A stretch of DNA of 64,000 bases from a virus. A program made the translations under genes and the position numbers. Of the stretch, positions 1 to 7,695 are shown one piece after another (positions within the stretch are counted from its first letter, which is position 1; each line of letters begins with the position of its first letter). The notes beneath the pieces were generated by a model that did not search any database, had not been told where the DNA came from, and worked only from the letters and a program-made list of their open reading frames with translations. The DNA lies in IMG/VR virus record IMGVR_UViG_3300016669_000002; one strand, given 5' to 3'.

Positions 1-16
1 CCAAATGCAATGTTTA

Positions 17-25
17 TGTTATAAT
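17..25 (+). promoter_or_regulatory. Extended -10 promoter (TGtTATAAT) driving a candidate small RNA
   Basis: TG-n-TATAAT at 17-25; no convincing -35. Confidence 0.6.
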
Positions 26-30
26 AAATG

Positions 31-141
31 TGACAAAAGACATAGTGCTTTCTGTCCTTGCCTAACCATCATCGAACTAACCCTCTGGAGGTTTACACGT
101 ACTAGTTCGTGTTTACTGAGTCCATGGTTAGTTCCTTTTTT
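31..141 (+). ncRNA. Candidate ~110-nt structured small RNA convergent with the SIR2 gene
   Basis: Downstream of the extended -10; hairpin 32-39/48-56; stem GAACTAACC 74-82 / GGTTAGTTC 126-134 followed by a T-run; no plus-strand ORF. Confidence 0.5.
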
Positions 142-1705
142 ATTTATGTTTAATTAAATCGTATATACGAATTAGTCTTCTCATATCAGCGTTTGTTTCG
201 AATTTATCTTGACTTAAAGTTTGTCTCAAAAAATCGCCAAGTTCTTCAATATTTTCTTTAGAGTAGTCAACAAGAGCAAGTTTGTATAACTTATCATTTG
301 TGTAGGACGTTGCTTTACTGACGGTCATGGACTCAGAAAGTGATTTCTTTTCTTTCTTCATTTTATCAGACAACATTTTTCGTACTGAATCAAACCTAGT
401 GAGATTGTTCCTTACAATCTTTGGTAACTGGGACCATTCGATATCTGCAGCTTTAATGTATTTCCTATACGGAAGATATCCGGCGGTTTTTTGTAGCAAT
501 AGTGGAATTGTTTCAGTGACTAAGAGTTCTGGCGCAAATTTAGCATCATCGAAAACAATGTCTTGAAATATTTCACTTTCATTAACAATTTGGTAACCAT
601 TTTTTGCGCGTTCTATCATCCCAAATCCATATACGAATTCGATATTTTCTAATTCATCTTTACTTAAATCTTCGTCAGGCAATGAGAGCATCATTCTATT
701 TTTCGGATCATTAGTTAATACTAGATTGTACATATCTTCTTTGACATATCTTAGCATTTTGATAGGGTATTTCGACCGGTTTTGTGCAAGTTGATCATAT
801 AGAATAGAATAATTATTAATGGAAATTTTCCTCATCGTTAAAGATCTACCTTTATCAAAAGTGATGGTATAGGTAGACTCTTTAAAGTTCGTTTCATTTG
901 AATCCCAAACTACATAAAAGAGCCTATCGGCTATAATAGATAGCTGATCATCCGTTAAACAAACCTGAATGTCTTCTAAAGTGTTTCGAATATCTTCATC
1001 ACCAATCGAATACCCAATAAAAAAAATTGGATGCTCTAAAAAAATGGTTAACAATTTAGCTGAGATATATTTATGTTTTTCTTCAATTTTTCTATAATCT
1101 GCAGAATTTATCAATATAGAATCTGCATATTTGGAGCAACCGTGAATTTTATATATCTCACCCAAATCAAATTTAGAATGGAATAATAATTCCTCTTGTG
1201 ATGTGTAAGTGTGATACCCAAAAATATTTTCAAGTAATGTGTCATAATTTGTTGTGATAATACCTGAAATAGAATTTGTTGATATATCTCTTAATGAATT
1301 AATTTCATTCTCTGTCCCAGGTATGTACTCTTCAAAGCTGTTTATGTACTCTGCTATCTCAATTTTTATAGGTGGTATGTTTTTTTGTCTAATTAAAGAT
1401 TCATATTCAATTCTATTTTTTTCAAATTTCTCATCAGTGTACCAAATTTTATCCAAATCGTCTGAGATAATATCACATAGAGCAGTCATATATTGATTAT
1501 ATTGATTTTTTTCATCATATTTTTTGGCTGCTTCATTTTTAGCCCTAATAAAGCCAAAATTATTCTCGTAAGTAATTGATGCAATGTACTCAAGCAATTC
1601 TTCCCAATTGGGTAGCCCCAAATATCTTCTCGAAAAACCAGAACCAATAAAAAGAAAGGGTAAGGAATCTGCTTTCTTAAGTAATGGCTCTAAGAAATCA
1701 TTCAT
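140..1705 (-). CDS. SIR2-family (SIR2_2-like) putative NADase, stand-alone, likely anti-phage effector
   Basis: Motifs LFIGSGFS, IITTNYD, YKIHGC, FFIGYSIGD typical of defence-associated sirtuins; AGGAGG RBS. Confidence 0.88.
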   Translation of the reverse strand: MNDFLEPLLKKADSLPFLFIGSGFSRRYLGLPNWEELLEYIASITYENNFGFIRAKNEAAKKYDEKNQYNQYMTALCDIISDDLDKIWYTDEKFEKNRIEYESLIRQKNIPPIKIEIAEYINSFEEYIPGTENEINSLRDISTNSISGIITTNYDTLLENIFGYHTYTSQEELLFHSKFDLGEIYKIHGCSKYADSILINSADYRKIEEKHKYISAKLLTIFLEHPIFFIGYSIGDEDIRNTLEDIQVCLTDDQLSIIADRLFYVVWDSNETNFKESTYTITFDKGRSLTMRKISINNYSILYDQLAQNRSKYPIKMLRYVKEDMYNLVLTNDPKNRMMLSLPDEDLSKDELENIEFVYGFGMIERAKNGYQIVNESEIFQDIVFDDAKFAPELLVTETIPLLLQKTAGYLPYRKYIKAADIEWSQLPKIVRNNLTRFDSVRKMLSDKMKKEKKSLSESMTVSKATSYTNDKLYKLALVDYSKENIEELGDFLRQTLSQDKFETNADMRRLIRIYDLIKHK

Positions 1706-1750
1706 AATATTTCTCCTCCTAAATATGATATATTATTTTTGTAATATGAA

Positions 1751-1796
1751 AGTCCTATTTCAGCTCCCCAGCTATGAAGTAGGGCTATTTTATTTT
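1751..1796 (+). terminator. Hairpin plus T-run between the SIR2 and Zn-ribbon/PH genes (terminates plus-strand transcription)
   Basis: agtcctatttca 1751-1762 pairs with tgaagtagggct 1775-1786, then attttatttt. Confidence 0.6.
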
Positions 1797-2289
1797 ATAA
1801 ATCAACTCGATAATCAATTTTACTTCTTGTTTGATAGTTTTGAGTTGCAGCACGAATCTGGTCTTTGATTTCATATGGATTCTGTAACTGCTTAAATATT
1901 ACTTCTCTACCATCATTTAAATTTAAAACAATGTGGCCAATTTTTAAAACTTTCTCTTTTAGTCCTTGTTTAACATCAATTTTATTAATGTCACCAAGTT
2001 CGATTTCTTCACGCTTAGTGGTTAAATTCTTTCGTTCTAGCAATATACGTTGGTTAGTAAGCGTATAGTTAACTCGTGGTAATGATAGGTCAATTTTTCC
2101 GGCAAAATTTTGCTTTTTATCTTCCATACCAAAAAGATGAGTCGAGAAAGTAGCAATTGTTTCTTCTTTATTTAAGCTCTCGTGTTTATTACTTGCATCA
2201 GTGGTAATACCACCATCAACTTTAAAACCGCAATTAGAACAGAACTTCATACCTTCAATATTATTCCCACATTCTGGACAGAACTTCAT
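1795..2289 (-). CDS. Zinc-ribbon plus bacterial PH-domain protein
   Basis: N-terminal CPECG...CSNCG; C-terminal YTLTNQRILL...I..I.VKQG...G.I.L PH-like pattern. Confidence 0.75.
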   Translation of the reverse strand: MKFCPECGNNIEGMKFCSNCGFKVDGGITTDASNKHESLNKEETIATFSTHLFGMEDKKQNFAGKIDLSLPRVNYTLTNQRILLERKNLTTKREEIELGDINKIDVKQGLKEKVLKIGHIVLNLNDGREVIFKQLQNPYEIKDQIRAATQNYQTRSKIDYRVDL

Positions 2290-2304
2290 TTTCTTTTCCT
2301 CCTA

Positions 2305-2706
2305 TTAACCTAATTTTCCACGCAATCTATACATATATATAGCACTTTCAACAATCTGATCAGGTAAATTCAAATCATCAGCAATCTCATATAAAAATAC
2401 AGCATCTTCAGACTGGTCGTATTTCGCTATATTTTCAACTGGAATTAACTTTGCATACGACCATCTACGTGCTGTTTCTTCTTCTTTAGCAAACATTTTG
2501 TAGTTAGTAATATTTTTCTGTGTTGAAGTTTCGTAGTGACCAATCTCTTCAGCAATGGCTGCTATCGAGTCTTTAAAACTCAATTTCTTATTGATATAGA
2601 CTGTTTTGTTAATAATTAATCCTGAAATACCTTCCGGCATATCATCCCTAAAATCAAAATTTAACTTATCTTCATACTTAGCAATTACTTTTTCAATTTC
2701 ATCCAT
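2305..2706 (-). CDS. ImmA/IrrE-family metallopeptidase (anti-repressor protease)
   Basis: AEEIGHY and EE.ARRW motifs; directly downstream of the repressor. Confidence 0.85.
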   Translation of the reverse strand: MDEIEKVIAKYEDKLNFDFRDDMPEGISGLIINKTVYINKKLSFKDSIAAIAEEIGHYETSTQKNITNYKMFAKEEETARRWSYAKLIPVENIAKYDQSEDAVFLYEIADDLNLPDQIVESAIYMYRLRGKLG

Positions 2707-2715
2707 TCATTCACC

Positions 2716-3150
2716 TTAAATATTTTGTTCATCAATTAATTTTTGAATATAGTCGCTTACTTCTTTTTCTTGTTCATCCGTAAGGTTTTCATCTTTATGT
2801 GCAGCAATCAATATATCGTCTTTCTTATTAATTGCTGTTTGTTCCTCAAGTTGCTTTTTGGCAAACGTATACACTTTTTTCTGTCTTAAATTGTCTAGCT
2901 GGTTATAGATAGGTAAAATAGAACGATCATATTTTCCGTGCACTAAATCATCAACAGTTACCTCGAAGAAATCAGCTAATATTCTCACAGAAGATAGCTT
3001 TGGTTCTTCTTTATTATTTTCCCATTTAGAAATTTTACCTTTATTGAAGTTTAATGTATTAGGGTATTTAGAATTTAACTCATTAGACAATTCTTCAAGT
3101 GTGTAGTTTCTAGAATTTCTTAGCGAGCGTATATTATCTCCAATCATCAT
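2716..3150 (-). CDS. CI-like XRE-family repressor
   Basis: N-terminal HTH (ISKWENNKEEP...LADFFEVTVDDL); divergent from cro; C-terminal IAAH motif. Confidence 0.9.
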   Translation of the reverse strand: MMIGDNIRSLRNSRNYTLEELSNELNSKYPNTLNFNKGKISKWENNKEEPKLSSVRILADFFEVTVDDLVHGKYDRSILPIYNQLDNLRQKKVYTFAKKQLEEQTAINKKDDILIAAHKDENLTDEQEKEVSDYIQKLIDEQNI

Positions 3151-3173
3151 TACACCTCTTTCTATTTGCGTTA

Positions 3174-3202
3174 ATTATATTGCATATGTTTCGAAAACGC
3201 AA
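3174..3202 (-). promoter_or_regulatory. Leftward (lysogenic) sigma-A promoter
   Basis: TTGCGT-17 nt-TATAAT on the minus strand. Confidence 0.75.
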
Positions 3203-3254
3203 CGTATATTGTTACCATAAAAGAAATATTTTTAACTATTATAAAAATAAGTTG

Positions 3255-3283
3255 TTGACTTCGAAACTATAAGGGTATATATT
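3255..3283 (+). promoter_or_regulatory. Rightward (lytic) sigma-A promoter
   Basis: TTGACT-17 nt-TATATT. Confidence 0.8.
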
Positions 3284-3335
3284 AAGGATACGTTAGTTGC
3301 GAAAACAGCAACTTACAAAAAAAGGAGGTGAATGA

Positions 3336-3554
3336 ATGGTAACAGCAGAAAAATTTAGACAACCGTACTATAATTTGAAAATTATTATGGAACGGAAAGG
3401 AATTACGCAAAAACAGATGGCTGACCTTATAGGTATTAGTTTAAATGCTTTCAATTTGAAAGTTAATCGTGCAAATGGAAGAGATTTTGATTTAAGTGAA
3501 GCAGATGAAATTGCTAAAATTCTTGAAATTAAAATTGATGATTTTTTTAATTAA
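3336..3554 (+). CDS. Cro-like HTH regulator
   Basis: 72-aa XRE HTH divergent from CI; AGGAGG RBS. Confidence 0.85.
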   Translation: MVTAEKFRQPYYNLKIIMERKGITQKQMADLIGISLNAFNLKVNRANGRDFDLSEADEIAKILEIKIDDFFN

Positions 3555-3587
3555 TTAGTTGCGAAAACAATAACCGGGGGTGAAAAA

Positions 3588-4313
3588 ATGAATAAAAATA
3601 ATTTATTTAACTTACGAGAACAGGAAGATGGAACTGTTGCAGTAAGCGGCCGTGAGTTACATGAGTTTTTGGAAGTAACAGAAAGGTATGCTTCATGGTT
3701 TGAGCGCATGAAGGGATATGGATTAGAAGAAAACATTGATTTTACAAGTGTAAAAACTTTTACGGTTGTAAATAATGGAGCTCATCGAGAGCTATTAGAC
3801 CACGCACTAACTATCGACACAGCGAAAGAAATTTCTATGATCCAACGAAATGAAAAAGGTAAGCAGGCACGTCAATACTTTATCCAGGTAGAGAAAGCTT
3901 GGAATAGTCCAGAGATGATTATGAAGAGAGCGTTGCAAATTGCTGATAAGAAAATTGAAAGTTTACAGGGACAAATTGCTTTAGATAAGCCCAAAGTCAT
4001 TTTTGCAGATGCAGTTGCCAGCAGTCACACCAGTATTTTAGTAGGAGAGTTATCTAAGCTTTTACGTCAAAACGGTATTGATATTGGCCAAAATAGATTA
4101 TTTGCATGGTTACGTGAGAATGGTTTTCTGATTAAACGTAAAGGTACAGATTTCAACATGCCAACTCAATATTCTATGGATTTAGAGTTATTTGAAATTA
4201 AGGAACGGACAATCAATAATGCTGATGGTTCAATTCGTACAACTAAAACACCAAAAGTAACTGGTAAAGGTCAACAATATTTCATTAACAAATTTATGAA
4301 AGAAATAGCCTAG
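3588..4313 (+). CDS. Phage antirepressor (AntA/AntB N-terminal plus KilAC/ANT C-terminal domains)
   Basis: VSGRELHEFLEV...AKEISMIQRNEKGKQARQYF; PKVIFADAV...KVTGKGQQYFINKF. Confidence 0.92.
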   Translation: MNKNNLFNLREQEDGTVAVSGRELHEFLEVTERYASWFERMKGYGLEENIDFTSVKTFTVVNNGAHRELLDHALTIDTAKEISMIQRNEKGKQARQYFIQVEKAWNSPEMIMKRALQIADKKIESLQGQIALDKPKVIFADAVASSHTSILVGELSKLLRQNGIDIGQNRLFAWLRENGFLIKRKGTDFNMPTQYSMDLELFEIKERTINNADGSIRTTKTPKVTGKGQQYFINKFMKEIA

Positions 4314-4326
4314 GAGGTATATCGAT

Positions 4327-4629
4327 GTGGAAACGAAAGAATTAATTTTTCAACTAATGGAGATTGACAAGCAGAAGTTACTACTTGAGAAACAAGCGGA
4401 ATTACAGCAACTTCACGACCAGCTAGATTATGGGGCAGTTGGAGATATGGCTTGGTTCTGTGAGCGTGTCAATATGTCGGCTGGAAATGCTAAAGAACGA
4501 ATTCTGTATCCGTTCAAAAAAGAATTAGAAGGAAATATAGTGACGTTCCCGGAAGTCCAGGGACAGAAGTGGCAATTCAATAAGTGGCCAATGAACAAAT
4601 GGATCGTTGAAAATTTTGAAAGGTGGTAA
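4327..4629 (+). CDS. DUF771-like DNA-binding protein (possible excisionase)
   Basis: W...RILYPFKKEL...P...GQKW.F...M..W..ENF pattern; position after the antirepressor. Confidence 0.6.
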   Translation: METKELIFQLMEIDKQKLLLEKQAELQQLHDQLDYGAVGDMAWFCERVNMSAGNAKERILYPFKKELEGNIVTFPEVQGQKWQFNKWPMNKWIVENFERW

Positions 4630-4633
4630 AAGC

Positions 4634-4756
4634 ATGAAAAAAGTAATAAAAACACTCGCACTATTTACCACAGGATTGGTAGTCGGTGTGGTAGTAGGGC
4701 GAGTGAAGAAAAGGCATATTAACGTCTGTGAAGACTCTGATGGAAATATTTATTAA
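4634..4756 (+). CDS. 40-aa hydrophobic peptide (MKKVIKTLALFTTGLVVGVVVGRVKKRH...)
   Basis: Read manually (below the ORF-track cutoff); one TM-like stretch; stop overlaps the stop of the antisense gene. Confidence 0.5.
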   Translation: MKKVIKTLALFTTGLVVGVVVGRVKKRHINVCEDSDGNIY

Positions 4757-5031
4757 AAAATATTTTTGTTAATCCAATTCCATTGTTTTTGGGTTAACCA
4801 TCCATTTTTATTATTTGTAACTTCTAAAATAATCATTTTATCACCTTGATCAAGATAAGGTTTTAGCTTATCTAGCATTTGGTTTGGATTTAAATTTGAA
4901 GTAAATAGAAATGCAGACTCCCAATATTTGCACCAAGATACTGAGATTTCATTTTTTATTACTTTAATTACTTCGTCATACTTTTGACCTGGAGAATTCA
5001 AATCATAGGTAATTATAAACGGCTTTTTCAT
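4753..5031 (-). CDS. Cas2/VapD-like ferredoxin-fold protein (antisense moron)
   Basis: FIITYDLNSPGQKY...ESAFL...D beta-strand/Asp pattern; GAGGTG RBS before the ATG at 5031; own promoter. Confidence 0.6.
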   Translation of the reverse strand: MKKPFIITYDLNSPGQKYDEVIKVIKNEISVSWCKYWESAFLFTSNLNPNQMLDKLKPYLDQGDKMIILEVTNNKNGWLTQKQWNWINKNIF

Positions 5032-5135
5032 AATTTTCACCTCGTTTCTAATATATTTGACATCAAAAAAACTATATATGGTCCCCCAGCACGGGGAGTT
5101 TGGATCACCATTTCTAAGGTTTCATTGTCAAAGAT

Positions 5136-5164
5136 ATTGTAACACCATATGACTAAAAGCACAA
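5136..5164 (-). promoter_or_regulatory. Sigma-A promoter for the Cas2-like moron
   Basis: TTGTGC-17 nt-(TG)TACAAT on the minus strand. Confidence 0.7.
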
Positions 5165-5207
5165 CATATAGTTGTGGATAAGTTATCAACAACATCATGG
5201 AGGGTAT

Positions 5208-5402
5208 ATGAACACAAAATTAATAAAAACGTTAATGGATAAATCTGAAATGTCACGTCATCAACTTGCACAAAAAGTAGGCGTTAATCATTCAGTGATT
5301 TACAGAATCTATAGTGGCAAAACCACTGAAATAAAATTGAGTACGGCATTCAAATTAGCAGATGCACTAGGCGTAGATGTTAACGAATTTAGGGAGGGAT
5401 AG
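5208..5402 (+). CDS. Small Cro/C1-type HTH protein
   Basis: HTH pattern SRHQLAQKVGV...KLADALGVDVNEF; GGAGGG RBS before the ATG at 5208. Confidence 0.8.
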   Translation: MNTKLIKTLMDKSEMSRHQLAQKVGVNHSVIYRIYSGKTTEIKLSTAFKLADALGVDVNEFREG

Positions 5403-5404
5403 AT

Positions 5405-5587
5405 ATGAGTAAACAAGCAAAACAGACACAGTGGGGTATTACGATTCTAATCGGTATTTTATTCATCTTAGGTGGCGCAGGCACGGTTGAAGTTGGTAGA
5501 CAACATGGTTTTGAAAGCACATTGGTTGGTGTAATTCTATCGATTTGGGGACTTTATAAGACTTGGATTTGGGATGTGATTGAATGA
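5405..5587 (+). CDS. Small two-TM hypothetical protein
   Basis: Two hydrophobic segments; operon context. Confidence 0.6.
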   Translation: MSKQAKQTQWGITILIGILFILGGAGTVEVGRQHGFESTLVGVILSIWGLYKTWIWDVIE

Positions 5588-5766
5588 GTTTCGTAATTAA
5601 ACGATTAGAAGAAATGCGAGATAAAGAAATTGAAAAATCTCTTAATAATTATTTAGAAACCAAGGATAGAGAACACTTGGATGACGTTCATCGAATCAAT
5701 ATTTATTACGACAATTTGATTCTTGAACAAACGTTTGAGGAAAACAAAGTGAAAAATTATAGCTAG
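5584..5766 (+). CDS. Hypothetical early protein
   Basis: ATGA overlap with the upstream gene. Confidence 0.55.
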   Translation: MSFVIKRLEEMRDKEIEKSLNNYLETKDREHLDDVHRINIYYDNLILEQTFEENKVKNYS

Positions 5767-5777
5767 GGGGTTATGAC

Positions 5778-5981
5778 TTGCGAGGTGTTTATGATTTAGA
5801 TCAACAACAGTGGTTTCCTGATGAGGAAGAAGAGCAGCAAGAAATTGAATACATAGTTTACGTACCTGAAAAGCAAATCAGAGTGATTGCAATTAACGAA
5901 GAAGAAGCTATTGAGAGAGTCCTCTTTAATCTGAATGATGAGTACAGTTTTAAAGATTTAGAAGCTGAAAGTTACGAATAA
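5778..5981 (+). CDS. Hypothetical acidic early protein
   Basis: RBS and operon context. Confidence 0.55.
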   Translation: MRGVYDLDQQQWFPDEEEEQQEIEYIVYVPEKQIRVIAINEEEAIERVLFNLNDEYSFKDLEAESYE

Positions 5982-6039
5982 AAAAAGCACCTATTGCAGT
6001 AGGCGCTAGAAACTATCTAAGTTAAGGAGATTATAACAT

Positions 6040-6984
6040 ATGGGATACAAATTAACCAAAACTGAACAGGATTGGCATGATTTCAGAGCGGAGGGTCTTG
6101 GTGGTTCAGACATTGGGACAGTGCTGGGATTTAATAATTTTAAAAGTCCGTATCAACTTTGGCTTGAAAAAACTGGCCAATTAGAACCTGAAGATATTAG
6201 CCATAAAGTTGCTATTCAAGTTGGGAACGAGCTTGAGGAATTGGTAGCTAAGATGTTTACACAACAAACTGGCATACGAGTTCAAAGAGATAATAAAAGC
6301 TATTTTAAAGACGATAAGCCATTCTTACATGCAAATATTGACCGCAAGATTATTGGTGAGAATGCCTTGTTGGAATGTAAAACAACGGGCGCACACAACA
6401 AATCACAGTGGGAAGGCGACAATGTGCCAGCAAGTTATCTACTGCAAGTACAGCATTATTTAAATGTTCTTGATTACGATTATGCCTACATTGCTGTCAT
6501 CATAGGTAACTTTGATTTTCAGTTTAAAAAGATTGAGCGTGACCAAGAATTAATCGACCTGGTAGAAGCACGAGCGACATCATTCTGGATTGAAAACGTA
6601 AAAAAAGGTATTGCACCAGAAATTGATGGTTCTGAGTCAACTAAAGATAGTTTAGATCAGCTCTATAGTCCAATTTATGAGCGTAAAATTCCGATGGATA
6701 AAATCATCATTCAAACTGCAAAAGAATTATTAAACGTTAAAGATCAGATTAAAGAATTGAACATTTTAAAAACTGAAAAAGAAAATCAAATTAAATTATA
6801 CATGGGTGAGAATCAAGCAGAAGTAATTACTTCAGAAGCACTTAATGCTAGCTGGAAAAACCAAGTAACGAAGCGTTTTGATACGAAGCGATTTAAGTCA
6901 GAGCATCCTGAAATGTCAGATAAATACATGAATGAGACAACAACTAAAGTATTACGACTTAAAGAAGCCAAGGAGGCAGAATGA
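6040..6984 (+). CDS. YqaJ-family viral recombination exonuclease
   Basis: GLGGSDIGTVLG, ANIDRKI, LECKTT, QVQHY motifs; upstream of RecT. Confidence 0.93.
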   Translation: MGYKLTKTEQDWHDFRAEGLGGSDIGTVLGFNNFKSPYQLWLEKTGQLEPEDISHKVAIQVGNELEELVAKMFTQQTGIRVQRDNKSYFKDDKPFLHANIDRKIIGENALLECKTTGAHNKSQWEGDNVPASYLLQVQHYLNVLDYDYAYIAVIIGNFDFQFKKIERDQELIDLVEARATSFWIENVKKGIAPEIDGSESTKDSLDQLYSPIYERKIPMDKIIIQTAKELLNVKDQIKELNILKTEKENQIKLYMGENQAEVITSEALNASWKNQVTKRFDTKRFKSEHPEMSDKYMNETTTKVLRLKEAKEAE

Positions 6985-7184
6985 TGAGCGAATCGTTAAT
7001 TTACTTAGCATTTGTATCTAACATTATAGAGGAAAGAGATAAAGTGATTGCTAAAAAGATAAAGAAATTAAAATACCGGACGAATGGTCTTAGCTTTGGA
7101 AACTTACCTGAGAATCAATTTCATTACAACAAAGCAATCAATGATGTGTTGGTTTTACTAGGACAAGATGAAGAGGAGAACTAA
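6981..7184 (+). CDS. Hypothetical protein
   Basis: Overlapping start/stop within the operon. Confidence 0.55.
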   Translation: MMSESLIYLAFVSNIIEERDKVIAKKIKKLKYRTNGLSFGNLPENQFHYNKAINDVLVLLGQDEEEN

Positions 7185-7186
7185 GC

Positions 7187-7693
7187 ATGAAATACTTCAA
7201 AACAATTGAAAACAGCGATTTCCATAAAGCACTTAAAAAGAACGAGCAACAGAACAAAGACTGGAACGTTATCGCTGACTTTGTTAGTGAACTATTGAAC
7301 GAACCGGAGTTAGATGGTGTTTATCTTTCGCCTAAATTAATGGTGGATGTCAGCGAGTTAAAAGATGAAAACAAGAAACTATTCAAACAAAATGGTGAAA
7401 TCAAACTAAACACCAAACTAGGTAAATCACTGAACGCTAAATACGAAGAAAAGATTAAAGAACTTGGGTTAGATAAGTGCAACACGATTAGTACAATTTT
7501 CTTCATTTACGGTTTCCTAAGAGATCACGTAAGCCAAAAGCAAAACCAATTTAATAACGATGATTTAATTGTGTATTTTGAATCAAATGCACCTTGGACA
7601 GAAAGAGAATATACAAGTCAATTAGAAGAAATCACAGAAGCTGAATACTACCAAGCAAGAGCTGAATTAGCTGAAAAAAAGGAGAATAAATAA
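7187..7693 (+). CDS. Hypothetical protein
   Basis: 168-aa ORF with RBS within the operon. Confidence 0.65.
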   Translation: MKYFKTIENSDFHKALKKNEQQNKDWNVIADFVSELLNEPELDGVYLSPKLMVDVSELKDENKKLFKQNGEIKLNTKLGKSLNAKYEEKIKELGLDKCNTISTIFFIYGFLRDHVSQKQNQFNNDDLIVYFESNAPWTEREYTSQLEEITEAEYYQARAELAEKKENK

Positions 7694-7695
7694 TT

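Larger units (their letters stand above)
3188..3574. promoter_or_regulatory. Repeated operator-like sites GTT(G/T)CGAAAAC...AAC
   Basis: Copies at 3188-3203, 3296-3312 and 3558-3574; related inverted copy at 3254-3267. Confidence 0.65.

Noticed and set aside
20-125. Short minus-strand micro-ORFs (7 and 17 codons) downstream of SIR2 as a type I toxin
   Set aside because: Too short and not a convincing hydrophobic toxin; cannot be supported without Ribo-seq.
327-2068. Plus-strand ORFs overlapping the SIR2 and PH genes (327-566, 1254-1496, 1584-1868, 1865-2068)
   Set aside because: Antisense to well-supported genes, low-information composition, no convincing RBS.
4753-5040. CRISPR-Cas system suggested by the Cas2-like gene
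   Set aside because: No cas1 or other cas genes and no repeat-spacer array anywhere in the window.
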